DNA of 33,249 nucleotides from a virus (taxonomy: Duplodnaviria; Caudoviricetes): IMG/VR virus record IMGVR_UViG_3300023252_000177, positions 1 to 33,249 of that record; one strand, written 5' to 3'. The translations under genes were made by a program, and so were the position numbers. Positions 1 to 7,643 of this stretch are shown here, piece after piece. Under the pieces are notes generated by a model. It saw only the letters and a list, made by a program, of their open reading frames with translations, was not told the origin of the DNA and did no database searches. Within the stretch, counting starts at the first letter, position 1. The number at the start of each line of letters is the position of its first letter.

Positions 1-171
1 AGCTTCTGCTATTGCCTCAGCTTCTGCTATTGCCTCAGCTTCTGCTATTGCCTCAGCTTCTGCTATTGCCTCAGCTTCTGCTATTGCCTCAGCTTCTGCT
101 ATTGCCTCAGCTTCTGCTATTGCCTCGGCTTCTGCTACTGCCTCAGCTTCTGCTATTGCCTCAGCTTCAGC
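1..171. repeat. 18-bp tandem repeat AGCTTCTGCTATTGCCTC, at least 9 units plus a degenerate unit, cut by the window start
   Basis: Seven identical units 1-126, variant unit 127-144 (GGCTTCTGCTACTGCCTC), unit 145-162, degenerate from 163; no spacers; minus strand encodes (AEAIAE)n. Confidence 0.97.
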
Positions 172-708
172 CATTGCAATGGATTCCTGATCCTCTTCTT
201 CTGCTTCAAGAATAGACGATTCCATAACTTGCAATATCTCGACTGAATGGCGGAAATATTCTTTAACATTAGAGAATGATGCACTTGGATTATTACCATG
301 CGCAAATGTATTTCTAGCTGTGTTTAAAGACTTAAGTGAGTCAATTAGTCTGTTTTTTTCATCATGGGCGTTTATTTTTGTTTTAAATTTATCTCTCCAT
401 CTTATATCGAAGGATTTTAGCCCGCTCATAATGTTTTCATAACTAGGATTCATTGAGCTTTTTCTGAATTTTTCATCAATGAAATTTTGAACTTGAAGGC
501 TGTGCGATTCGAATTTATGATCGCAAATTATTGTTTTGAATGAATACTCAATGGTTCCGCAGGATTTAATTATTGAGTATCTTACTAAGTATGGTACAGG
601 GTTGGCAGTGCTCCCCATTCCTTCAATGAGGTGCTCTATTTTTATTAGTTCAGCCCAGCAATTATTTATGCTTTCTTTAGCATCCACATTACTGATATTG
701 CAGTCCAT
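1..708 (-). CDS. HEPN-domain protein (RiboL-PSP/MAE_28990-like by inference) with C-terminal acidic (AEAIAE)n tail; 3' end beyond the window
   Basis: Manual translation from ATG 708 (SD GGAGGAG upstream): MDCNISNVDAKESINNCWAEL...YSIIKSCGTIEYSFK...SLNTARNTFAHGNN...EAEEEDQESIAMAEAEAIAEAE..., no stop before base 1; RxxxxH motif RNTFAH at 298-315; overlaps the end of the DUF262 gene. Confidence 0.85.
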   Translation of the reverse strand, partial: MDCNISNVDAKESINNCWAELIKIEHLIEGMGSTANPVPYLVRYSIIKSCGTIEYSFKTIICDHKFESHSLQVQNFIDEKFRKSSMNPSYENIMSGLKSFDIRWRDKFKTKINAHDEKNRLIDSLKSLNTARNTFAHGNNPSASFSNVKEYFRHSVEILQVMESSILEAEEEDQESIAMAEAEAIAEAEAVAEAEAIAEAEAIAEAEAIAEAEAIAEAEAIAEAEAIAEAEAIAEA

Positions 709-1843
709 ACAACTCCTCCAAAATCATAGAGATTCTTCCATGAATATTGTCTATTTGCATTGTTCCTGCGGTGACATGATTTTTGAATTTATTGTTAAGT
801 AATAAATTAAAGCGTTTTTTCTCAAGATCGGTTGTTGGTATTGTGTACCCATCCTTGCCGTTATGCCTCAAAGCTATTGCTGTTGCAACATACACAGCAT
901 CGAATACTGTTGGGTAAAATCTGCGGCGGATTTTAGGTGGGGAGCTTTGAACAACGTTGAAAAATGCATCTGCACCAATGTTTGTATGAATGAAGTCAAT
1001 TGTCTTGGTGAATTGATCTTTGAAGTAATTAATTTTGTTAGTAGTGTTATTATCCTTATACCCCATAAATTCATTAAGCAATTTTTTTAAAGATATGTTG
1101 CCACTGTCATGCTTGCGAACTTTTTCTGTATCCAGTGCAAGTCCTCTCAGCACGAACTCCATATCTCTCATTCTAGGGTCTGGAGCTATAGTGCCAAAAA
1201 GAGAACGCCAGTTTTTATAATTATTCAAATCGATTAAACATGAATTGAATTCCCCTTGATAAACACAGTTTCTAATTTCCTGAGCCATAAGGGAACGCCC
1301 GCCTGTATTGATTCTTTCGAAAATTTGGTACAGGCTTGTGTCGTCTTCAGAAGGAGCGTTTTGTTCAAAAATTATTGCATGAATAGTTGTGCTTCTTATT
1401 TTTTTTTGTTCTGTTGGCGTTAGTTCACTAAAGGCTTTATTTCTCCATTGGCTATTAATTTTTGTGCTATTTGATAGGCGGAATACTTTATTATCTTTTG
1501 ACCATATGCCTTTTACGTAGTCATATACAGTCATTATTCTCTGATAACCATCGATTATTAATTTGTTACTCTCTGCGGTGTTTGCCAAAAATACACTTGG
1601 GACAGGGAGGCCAAGTAATAACGAATCAATGAAGCGGCTAGCTTCGACTTTATCCCACACATAATTTCTTTGAAGTTCTGGTTTTAAAAGTTCGTTCTCG
1701 TCATACATTGTTATCAATTCACGGAAAGATAAATCAGCCCCCCACGAATTAATGTTATAAAGATCATCGTTTGAGTAAGTATCATCCTGTTCATCACTTA
1801 AATTTTCAATGATGTCATCATTGACAGCGGTATTATCTAGCAT
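689..1843 (-). CDS. DUF262 (ParB/Srx-like, GmrS-type) domain protein, likely phage-defence component
   Basis: Motifs PELQRNYVW, FIDSLLLGLPVP, IIDGYQR, IFERINTGGRSL match DUF262; SD GGAG; AT-rich. Confidence 0.9.
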   Translation of the reverse strand: MLDNTAVNDDIIENLSDEQDDTYSNDDLYNINSWGADLSFRELITMYDENELLKPELQRNYVWDKVEASRFIDSLLLGLPVPSVFLANTAESNKLIIDGYQRIMTVYDYVKGIWSKDNKVFRLSNSTKINSQWRNKAFSELTPTEQKKIRSTTIHAIIFEQNAPSEDDTSLYQIFERINTGGRSLMAQEIRNCVYQGEFNSCLIDLNNYKNWRSLFGTIAPDPRMRDMEFVLRGLALDTEKVRKHDSGNISLKKLLNEFMGYKDNNTTNKINYFKDQFTKTIDFIHTNIGADAFFNVVQSSPPKIRRRFYPTVFDAVYVATAIALRHNGKDGYTIPTTDLEKKRFNLLLNNKFKNHVTAGTMQIDNIHGRISMILEELYGLQYQ

Positions 1844-1855
1844 GTTATCTCCATT

Positions 1856-2419
1856 TTATTTTTTGGTTATTACTACTACAACTTTTGCTAAAAATTTTAT
1901 TTCTTCTAAAAAACATTCGAAATTACTTTCTTTTGATGAAACTAATATCCTATTTCCTGGAATTCTAGTTATATCTTTTAGATAAAAAGAGCCATCAATA
2001 TTGATAATCCATTTCCCATCGGTAATCGACTCTCCAGCTTCATCTAATATGTAGCTAGTGCTTTCTTCGTCTAAGCAGAATAGTTTTTTATATTCGCTTG
2101 GTAATATCGCTTTGTCGAAAAAATATTTATTCGATTCAAATAATGTCCCTGCTATTAATTTTTTTCTGGGAATTTCAATGACATCAGACTCTATATCATT
2201 GCTGTTTGTCCCTACACCTGTCACAAGCCATTGCAAAGAGAACCCTGTTTCAAGGGCACATTGGATAACCCAATCCGAAGGGAAGGAATCACGCATGTAA
2301 CGATTGGCCAATGTTCCTTTGCTTACTCCTAACTGATCACAAAGTGCCTGCCGTGTGCTGAAACCATAAGCTTCAACCATACGTTCAATCGCACCACGGC
2401 CACCTTTCTCCAAATTCAT
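1856..2419 (-). CDS. cI: 186-type CI immunity repressor
   Basis: GGRGAIERMVEAYGF..RQALCDQLGVSKGTLANRYMRDSFPSDWVIQCALETG..LQWLVTG is the 186-CI HTH family; divergent from apl; start set at ATG 2419. Confidence 0.92.
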   Translation of the reverse strand: MNLEKGGRGAIERMVEAYGFSTRQALCDQLGVSKGTLANRYMRDSFPSDWVIQCALETGFSLQWLVTGVGTNSNDIESDVIEIPRKKLIAGTLFESNKYFFDKAILPSEYKKLFCLDEESTSYILDEAGESITDGKWIINIDGSFYLKDITRIPGNRILVSSKESNFECFLEEIKFLAKVVVVITKK

Positions 2420-2446
2420 AAGATCACACCAAGTATACTTTTTGAA

Positions 2447-2475
2447 TTGACGTAAACGAATGGTGATCATATAGT
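2447..2475 (+). promoter_or_regulatory. Lytic early promoter (pR-like)
   Basis: TTGACG-N17-TATAGT upstream of apl in the cI-apl intergenic region. Confidence 0.8.
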
Positions 2476-2547
2476 TCCGTTGTCTACAAAACGTGAACCA
2501 CCACAACTTATTACTTCTAACCACTACTTAACGAGGAATGTTGCCCC

Positions 2548-2769
2548 ATGCGACCTAACATTTCAATCACTCTGATCACTCCCCACGTCACGATAGAGCG
2601 CTACAGCGAACTCACTGGTTTAGCTGAGGATACTATCAATGACATGTTGGCTGATGGGCGTTTACCCCGTCACCGTCTGCGGAAAGACAAAAAGCGCGAA
2701 AAAGTCATGATCAACATCGCGCAGTTGACCGTTGACGCTCTATCAAATTGTGACATTGCCGCTGCATAG
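2548..2769 (+). CDS. apl: Apl/Cox-like repressor and excisionase
   Basis: Small HTH protein (PHVTIERYSELTGL..TINDMLADGRLP) first in the lytic operon opposite cI; SD GAGG. Confidence 0.85.
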   Translation: MRPNISITLITPHVTIERYSELTGLAEDTINDMLADGRLPRHRLRKDKKREKVMINIAQLTVDALSNCDIAAA

Positions 2770-2801
2770 TTAGATTTTGCGATAGGGGGAGGGAAACCAC
2801 T

Positions 2802-3311
2802 ATGTTTGATTACCAAACGTCTAAACACTCATACCTTAGCAGCGCATGCCGTCGGTTTGCACAAGCACACAATTTAGCTGGGCTTGCACCGATGCTTAAT
2901 GTATCGCCGCAGGTGCTCCGCAATAAACTTAACCCGGAGCAACCGCACGAGCTGACACTTTCCCAACTGGTTACGCTCACTGCAATCACCGACGACGCGG
3001 CAATCCTTGATGGTCTTTTAGCGCAACTTAATTGCTTGCCGGCAGTGCCAACCAATGAGGAAAAACCCAACAGCTTGCCGACTCATACGTTAAGCGCCAC
3101 TGCGGCGATCGGCGCTATCGCCGGCGAAACCGCATCCACTGCGCCTATGACGCAATCTCGTAAAAACGCCATTCTCGACCGCGCCAACCAGGCAATCCGT
3201 GATTTGTCGCTGATCGTTGTATCGGTAGAAGCGCGTTTCCAATCTACGCCAGTGCTGGCCGCTGCTGTTGACGTGTTCAACACCTGCGCGCCTGCGTTCG
3301 GCATGAGCTGA
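2802..3311 (+). CDS. cII: CII lysogeny establishment activator (186-type)
   Basis: MFDYQTSKH..ACRRFA..LRNKLNPEQPHELT signature; follows apl. Confidence 0.9.
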   Translation: MFDYQTSKHSYLSSACRRFAQAHNLAGLAPMLNVSPQVLRNKLNPEQPHELTLSQLVTLTAITDDAAILDGLLAQLNCLPAVPTNEEKPNSLPTHTLSATAAIGAIAGETASTAPMTQSRKNAILDRANQAIRDLSLIVVSVEARFQSTPVLAAAVDVFNTCAPAFGMS

Positions 3312-3320
3312 GGTAACAAC

Positions 3321-3536
3321 ATGAAAGCTTTTGCGCAATACCTGAAACGACAATCACCGGCCCCGCAGTTGGCCGACTTTGGCCACGGTTGGATTGAATT
3401 GCCGAACGGCCAGCGCTGGCAGCCAAGCGCCAGCCGAGTGGTGTTTTTACGGGGTTCCGTTAGACCAGGTAAACAGGCCAAGCGCCGCCCCTGGTGGTTC
3501 CGTTTGATGGGGTTAAGGGGGCCAAATGGCAGATAA
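3321..3536 (+). CDS. Fil-family (186 filamentation) early protein
   Basis: LKRQSP..GHGWI...G.RW.P motif; position after cII; SD GAGG. Confidence 0.65.
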   Translation: MKAFAQYLKRQSPAPQLADFGHGWIELPNGQRWQPSASRVVFLRGSVRPGKQAKRRPWWFRLMGLRGPNGR

Positions 3537-3945
3537 CAACTATTGGCTGGCCAAGATCCGCGCCCAGGTCTGTCCGGAGCATTCAGAGGCCGCCGATTTC
3601 TGGAACGCCTTAACACCGGAATGGCGTGGCGTTGTGATCCACGCTGCGGCGCTGGAAGGAAAGGAAGAGTTAAAAGCCAGCTTGTGTAACTGCCTCTGGC
3701 GCGAGCTGTTCGACCGTTTAACCCCGCAGGCAATCATGCAAATTCGTGCCGGCATTCAGAAGGCCCGAAACGTGTTCGGCGGGTTTGGTTCTTTGCGTGA
3801 GTCGGATTTTCAACGAAAGGGAACGCGCCGAAAGATTCCCCCGCATCACCCTATTGATAAGCAAGTGGAGATGGTGGCAGCGCCGCACATTCTCAGAATT
3901 ATAGAGCAACAAAATAGCCTGCAAAACCAGGCTGAGGAACGGTAA
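3526..3945 (+). CDS. Phage early/middle hypothetical protein
   Basis: 139-aa ORF coupled to its neighbours in the early operon. Confidence 0.6.
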   Translation: MADNNYWLAKIRAQVCPEHSEAADFWNALTPEWRGVVIHAAALEGKEELKASLCNCLWRELFDRLTPQAIMQIRAGIQKARNVFGGFGSLRESDFQRKGTRRKIPPHHPIDKQVEMVAAPHILRIIEQQNSLQNQAEER

Positions 3946-3947
3946 AG

Positions 3948-4355
3948 ATGAAAAACATCACAGTTGAGAAGCATGGGTTATTGGCTGATTTTGTCACCTG
4001 GGGCGTAGCGCCAAATTATGCCCGCTTTTTCCTGGGAAAGTGTCATGAGGCCAACGGCCAGATTGCATTGGAGCCATTTGTTTTTAATGACTCAATGCAT
4101 TTGACCAACCCGCACCAGTGGTTTGCGGCCAATACTGCATTTTGGTGCCGAGCTTACCGCGAAGCTGAGAGCAGTAAAGAGCAGGCTGAAACGCTGGCTT
4201 CTATTCGTGCCATTTTCTTTGTGGCCGGTATGTTGGGGCAGGGCAGCATTACTGCGTTGATCCTCCAGTGGTGGCGGGCAACGTTTGAGTTGCACGGCCT
4301 GCCGGCACCTAACATTACCGTCGCTGTAAAACCGCAATCTAACCGCATTCACTAA
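3948..4355 (+). CDS. Phage early/middle hypothetical protein
   Basis: 135-aa ORF, SD GAGG upstream, followed by a hairpin. Confidence 0.6.
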   Translation: MKNITVEKHGLLADFVTWGVAPNYARFFLGKCHEANGQIALEPFVFNDSMHLTNPHQWFAANTAFWCRAYREAESSKEQAETLASIRAIFFVAGMLGQGSITALILQWWRATFELHGLPAPNITVAVKPQSNRIH

Positions 4356-4372
4356 CCCCAAATTGACCAAAA

Positions 4373-4411
4373 CCCCCACGGCTTCCACCTGGTAGCCGGG
4401 GGATTCTTTTT
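4373..4411 (+). terminator. Probable intrinsic terminator in the early operon
   Basis: CCCCCACGGCT...AGCCGGGGG stem followed by ATTCTTTTT. Confidence 0.55.
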
Positions 4412-4432
4412 GCCTAAATCGGAGAAAACACC

Positions 4433-4672
4433 ATGCCAACTATCGGCCAAGACGTTAGCAACCGTGCCGCCGCAGCATCATTTGAGAACGCGCTTAACCT
4501 GGCGAGACGTGAAGCCCAGGCTGATGCCGCCGTTAAATTTTCCAGCCATTTAGACCGTATGGCCACCGCTGTGGCCAACCAGGAATTATCCGCCTTGGAG
4601 ATTGTGGAGTTACTGCGCCAGGACGCCGAGAAATGGAAAAACGAGGGTTTGGCATGTCCTGGGTACTGCTGA
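4433..4672 (+). CDS. DUF2732-family P2-like protein
   Basis: ARREAQADAAVKFSSHLD...ELSALEIVELLRQDAE pattern; SD GGAG. Confidence 0.75.
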   Translation: MPTIGQDVSNRAAAASFENALNLARREAQADAAVKFSSHLDRMATAVANQELSALEIVELLRQDAEKWKNEGLACPGYC

Positions 4673-4761
4673 TCGGCGGCTTTTGTGCCGTGTGGGTGTG
4701 GATGGGGCGTGCGGCAGACAAAGCAGCGGCGCAGCGCCCTGAAAATCAAAATTACGATTAG
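4654..4761 (+). CDS. Small (35 aa) single-pass membrane protein, below the ORF-track cutoff
   Basis: MSWVLLIGGFCAVWVWMGRAADKAAAQRPENQNYD; SD GAGG upstream; fills the gap between neighbours. Confidence 0.55.
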   Translation: MSWVLLIGGFCAVWVWMGRAADKAAAQRPENQNYD

Positions 4762-4769
4762 GTGATGCG

Positions 4770-5039
4770 ATGAGAAAACATGATTTAAAAATACGTCCTG
4801 AGCATTTCGCAGCAGTGGTAAATGGTCAGAAAAAGGCCGAGTTTCGTCTCAATGATAGAGGTTACTCCGTCGGCGATCTCCTTTGCTTACATGAGTTTGG
4901 GCAACATCCAGAGTTTGAGCACTTGGTAGGGTTCCTTGGTAATCACATCTGGGTGCGCATTACTCACATTACTAACCTGGGGGAATGGCTTTCGGGGTAT
5001 GTGATGCTGAGCATTGAGCGGGAGCTGCTCTCATGCTGA
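4770..5039 (+). CDS. ASCH/PUA-like DUF3850 domain protein
   Basis: HDLKIRPEHFAAVVNGQKKAEFRLNDRGYSVGDLLCLHE signature. Confidence 0.85.
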   Translation: MRKHDLKIRPEHFAAVVNGQKKAEFRLNDRGYSVGDLLCLHEFGQHPEFEHLVGFLGNHIWVRITHITNLGEWLSGYVMLSIERELLSC

Positions 5040-7042
5040 ATCCGGTCGCATCTGTTACCGAATGGGCGTTCTCGTGGAACGCCCCACGCCCAGCGATCGC
5101 CAGCCCAATTCCGACTTATGACGAAATTCACCAAAGGGATAGGGAAAACGAGGCGTTAGCGCGTGCCCAGGCATTGCTGCAAAAGCAACCGGCGATTGTT
5201 CGCCTGGATGTGACGCGCCGCGCCAATCAGCTTGAGAAAGAACAGGGCATTCAGCGCGCTAATGCGTTTCTGGCCAAAACCTTTATCGAGCGCATTTTGC
5301 CGCGCGTTAACCTGGTTTCAGCCCGCTATCACATCCCGGAAATGACCGCCGATACCGCCCAACTGATGTGGCGGTTCAATAGCTTGCCGGATATGGAACG
5401 GTCAGATGTTGAATTGTTGGCGCAGGATATTGCCAGCTTTATCTGCCTTGAGCTGGGCACAATTAGCCAGGAAATGGCAGATTGTGGCGATCTCAAGGTA
5501 GCGCACGCGCTGTTTGTTCGCGCAGGCTCGATCACCCAGGCATTCCGCCAGAACGCACCCCATTGGGAAAAATTGATTAACCGCTTTTTCTGTGAAGATG
5601 AGGCGGTTTCTGCCGTGTCTCGCATGATGTCCGATAAGTGGTGGTTAGGCCGCCTGCGCCGCCATGCTGGCGAATGGCGCGAACACCTACAGATTGCGTT
5701 GAACAAAGTCAGCAAGCGCGCCAGCACCTACGCCAGCAGAATGGCCATTCTTGAATGGAAGGAACAAAAGCGCCGCACGCGTGAGTTTCTCAAGTCGATG
5801 GAGCTGGAGGATGAAGACGGCAACCGCATAAGCCTGATCGATAAGTATTGGGGCAGTGTGGCCAACCCGGCCATTCGCCGTACCGAAATGATGGTGCGTA
5901 TCCGTGGCTTTGAAAATATCTGCAATGGCTTGGGCTATATTGCGGAGTTTTACACGTTAACTGCCCCTTCCAAATTCCACGCGACCACGATCCACGGCCA
6001 CCGTAACCGCAAGTGGAACGGCAGCAGCCCGGCAGACACCCAGAGATATTTACGCCGCGTATGGGAAAAAGTGCGTGCCAAGTTGCACCGCGAAGACCTG
6101 CGCATTTTTGGCATCCGGGTGGCTGAACCGCACCACGATGGCACCCCTCATTGGCACATGCTGTTTTTCATGCGTCCAGACCAGGCCGACCAGGTGCGCG
6201 AAATCCTGCGGGATTACGCCTTTGATGAAGATAGCGCCGAGCTGGGCACAGCCAAAGCCCGCAAAGCCAGATTCCACGCGGAAGCCATCGACCCGGAAAA
6301 AGGCTCTGCTACTGGCTATGTGGCTAAATACATTTCCAAAAATATTGACGGGTACGCCCTGGACGATGAGCTAGACGACGAAAGCGGCAAGCCGATGAAA
6401 GAAGCGGCTGCCGCTGCTGCTGCCTGGTCAGCGCGCTGGCGCATCCGTCAGTTTCAATTTGTTGGCGGTGCGCCGGTGACGGTTTATCGCGAACTGCGCC
6501 GCATGGCCGATCATGATACGGCGATGGGGTTAAGCGTGGAATTTGCAGCGGTGCATGATGCGGCCGACGTGGGGGATTGGGCAGGATATATCAACGCCCA
6601 GGGCGGGCCATTCGTCCGCCGGGATGAGCTGGTTGCCCGTACCTGGTACGAGGTCAGCAATGACGTAAACCCATTTGGGGAGGAGGTGATCAGGGTTAAG
6701 GGGGTGTTTTCCCCGTCAGTGGGCATGGATACACCCATTTTAACGCGAGTGACGCAGTGGAAGATTGTGCCGAAGTTGGCCGCCGATAAGGCGGCTGGGG
6801 TTAGCGACGCGAACGCGTCGCCTAGGAGTTCTGTCAATAACTGTACGCCAGAGGATTGGCGACGATTATCAAGGGAGTTACAGCGGCGTGGTTTTGCCGG
6901 CGATCAGTTTGAAATGGATATATTGGCCAGGGGCAGCGCCCTGCGGATATACGGCGATCGGGTGTTAAAAATGCGCAATGGACGCCTGGAGGAAATGGGC
7001 GGCAATCCGTCGTGTGAGTTATGGCCAGGCTGGAATGGATGA
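5033..7042 (+). CDS. A: Rolling-circle replication endonuclease gpA
   Basis: FYTLTAPSKFH, EPHHDGTPHWH (HUH) and GYVAKYISK (two catalytic Tyr) motifs. Confidence 0.96.
   Translation: MLNPVASVTEWAFSWNAPRPAIASPIPTYDEIHQRDRENEALARAQALLQKQPAIVRLDVTRRANQLEKEQGIQRANAFLAKTFIERILPRVNLVSARYHIPEMTADTAQLMWRFNSLPDMERSDVELLAQDIASFICLELGTISQEMADCGDLKVAHALFVRAGSITQAFRQNAPHWEKLINRFFCEDEAVSAVSRMMSDKWWLGRLRRHAGEWREHLQIALNKVSKRASTYASRMAILEWKEQKRRTREFLKSMELEDEDGNRISLIDKYWGSVANPAIRRTEMMVRIRGFENICNGLGYIAEFYTLTAPSKFHATTIHGHRNRKWNGSSPADTQRYLRRVWEKVRAKLHREDLRIFGIRVAEPHHDGTPHWHMLFFMRPDQADQVREILRDYAFDEDSAELGTAKARKARFHAEAIDPEKGSATGYVAKYISKNIDGYALDDELDDESGKPMKEAAAAAAAWSARWRIRQFQFVGGAPVTVYRELRRMADHDTAMGLSVEFAAVHDAADVGDWAGYINAQGGPFVRRDELVARTWYEVSNDVNPFGEEVIRVKGVFSPSVGMDTPILTRVTQWKIVPKLAADKAAGVSDANASPRSSVNNCTPEDWRRLSRELQRRGFAGDQFEMDILARGSALRIYGDRVLKMRNGRLEEMGGNPSCELWPGWNG
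6804..6846 (+). other. Replication origin (gpA nick region) inside gene A
   Basis: CCTAGGAGTTCTGTCAATAACTGT resembles the P2 ori (recalled as CCTCG^GAGTCCTGTCAATAACTGT); preceded by hairpin GCGACGCG-AA-CGCGTCGC. Confidence 0.75.
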
Positions 7043-7076
7043 GGTCTTAATTATTCATTTTGCTAAATATTATGTA

Positions 7077-7096
7077 TACTGTACGGATATACAGTA
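7077..7096. promoter_or_regulatory. LexA (SOS) box upstream of tum
   Basis: TACTGTACGGATATACAGTA = CTG-N10-CAG consensus. Confidence 0.88.
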
Positions 7097-7131
7097 TCAA
7101 TTTGCTAAACATAAAATAAGAAGGGGGAGCC

Positions 7132-7350
7132 GTGGCGGATTTTTTCTTTGAATCACTGGCTATACAGCGCATTGAGCTAGTTGCGCGCTTAGTCGCTAAC
7201 GGACGTTGCAGCAGTAACGATCGGGAGTTGGCTTTATCATGGATTTCTGAGATGACTACCACTTTAGCCGCAGACGTTGACCGGCAATTACAAAAACGCC
7301 CCCAGGACGGAGGCGTTAATTTAGGCGGCGGAGGCAGCGCCCTGCAATAA
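7132..7350 (+). CDS. tum: Tum-like antirepressor (N-terminal domain only)
   Basis: IQRIELVARLVANGRCSSNDRELALSWISEM parallels the recalled 186 Tum N-terminus; LexA box and position after A; GTG start with GGAG SD. Confidence 0.8.
   Translation: MADFFFESLAIQRIELVARLVANGRCSSNDRELALSWISEMTTTLAADVDRQLQKRPQDGGVNLGGGGSALQ
7292..7317 (-). terminator. Terminator of the terminase-portal-ogr transcript
   Basis: Minus strand AACGCCTCC-GTCCT-GGGGGCGTT-TTT just after the ogr stop. Confidence 0.7.
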
Positions 7351-7593
7351 ATCCAGCATCATTTGCCGTTGTTGCGGGTTCATGCTTTCAACAACGGTTT
7401 TCAGCAGCTTATCCCCGGTTTTGGCGCTAGGGCTAAGGGTATGCGAAAAGGTCACATTCATTACAAAGGTATGGCCACACTCCACGTCACTACAGGCGCA
7501 ATAGAGATCTGAAATCTGCCGGTGTTTACGGGCCGTTTTTCTGATAATCGCGTTAGCGCCGCATTCCGTGCATAAGACTTTCATCACGCGCAT
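7321..7593 (-). CDS. ogr: Ogr/Delta-family zinc-finger late activator
   Basis: CTECG...YCACSDVECGHTFV...HTLSPS C4 motif; start set at ATG 7593. Confidence 0.9.
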   Translation of the reverse strand: MRVMKVLCTECGANAIIRKTARKHRQISDLYCACSDVECGHTFVMNVTFSHTLSPSAKTGDKLLKTVVESMNPQQRQMMLDLLQGAASAA

Positions 7594-7643
7594 GTTTCTG
7601 GCTCCAAAAGTGGCAAACTTCTGGAATTTTAACGTTTTTCTGC

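Noticed and set aside
1-171. CRISPR-like array
   Set aside because: Units are contiguous with no spacers, and no cas genes are present
12-215. (PQLLLL)n ORF on the plus strand
   Set aside because: Antisense shadow of the repeat; the minus frame is continuous with the HEPN gene
666-689. ATG overlapping the DUF262 stop (TAATG) as HEPN start
   Set aside because: That frame stops after 7 codons; the HEPN frame starts at ATG 708 (or GTG 687)
689-1843. GmrSD type IV restriction enzyme
   Set aside because: No DUF1524/HNH motif seen; the partner is HEPN
2420-2524. N-terminal extension of CI in the ORF track
   Set aside because: Covers the switch promoters; family similarity begins at ATG 2419
7043-7320. 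Defence cargo in the P2 A-portal hotspot
   Set aside because: The space is fully explained by the LexA box, tum and the ogr terminator
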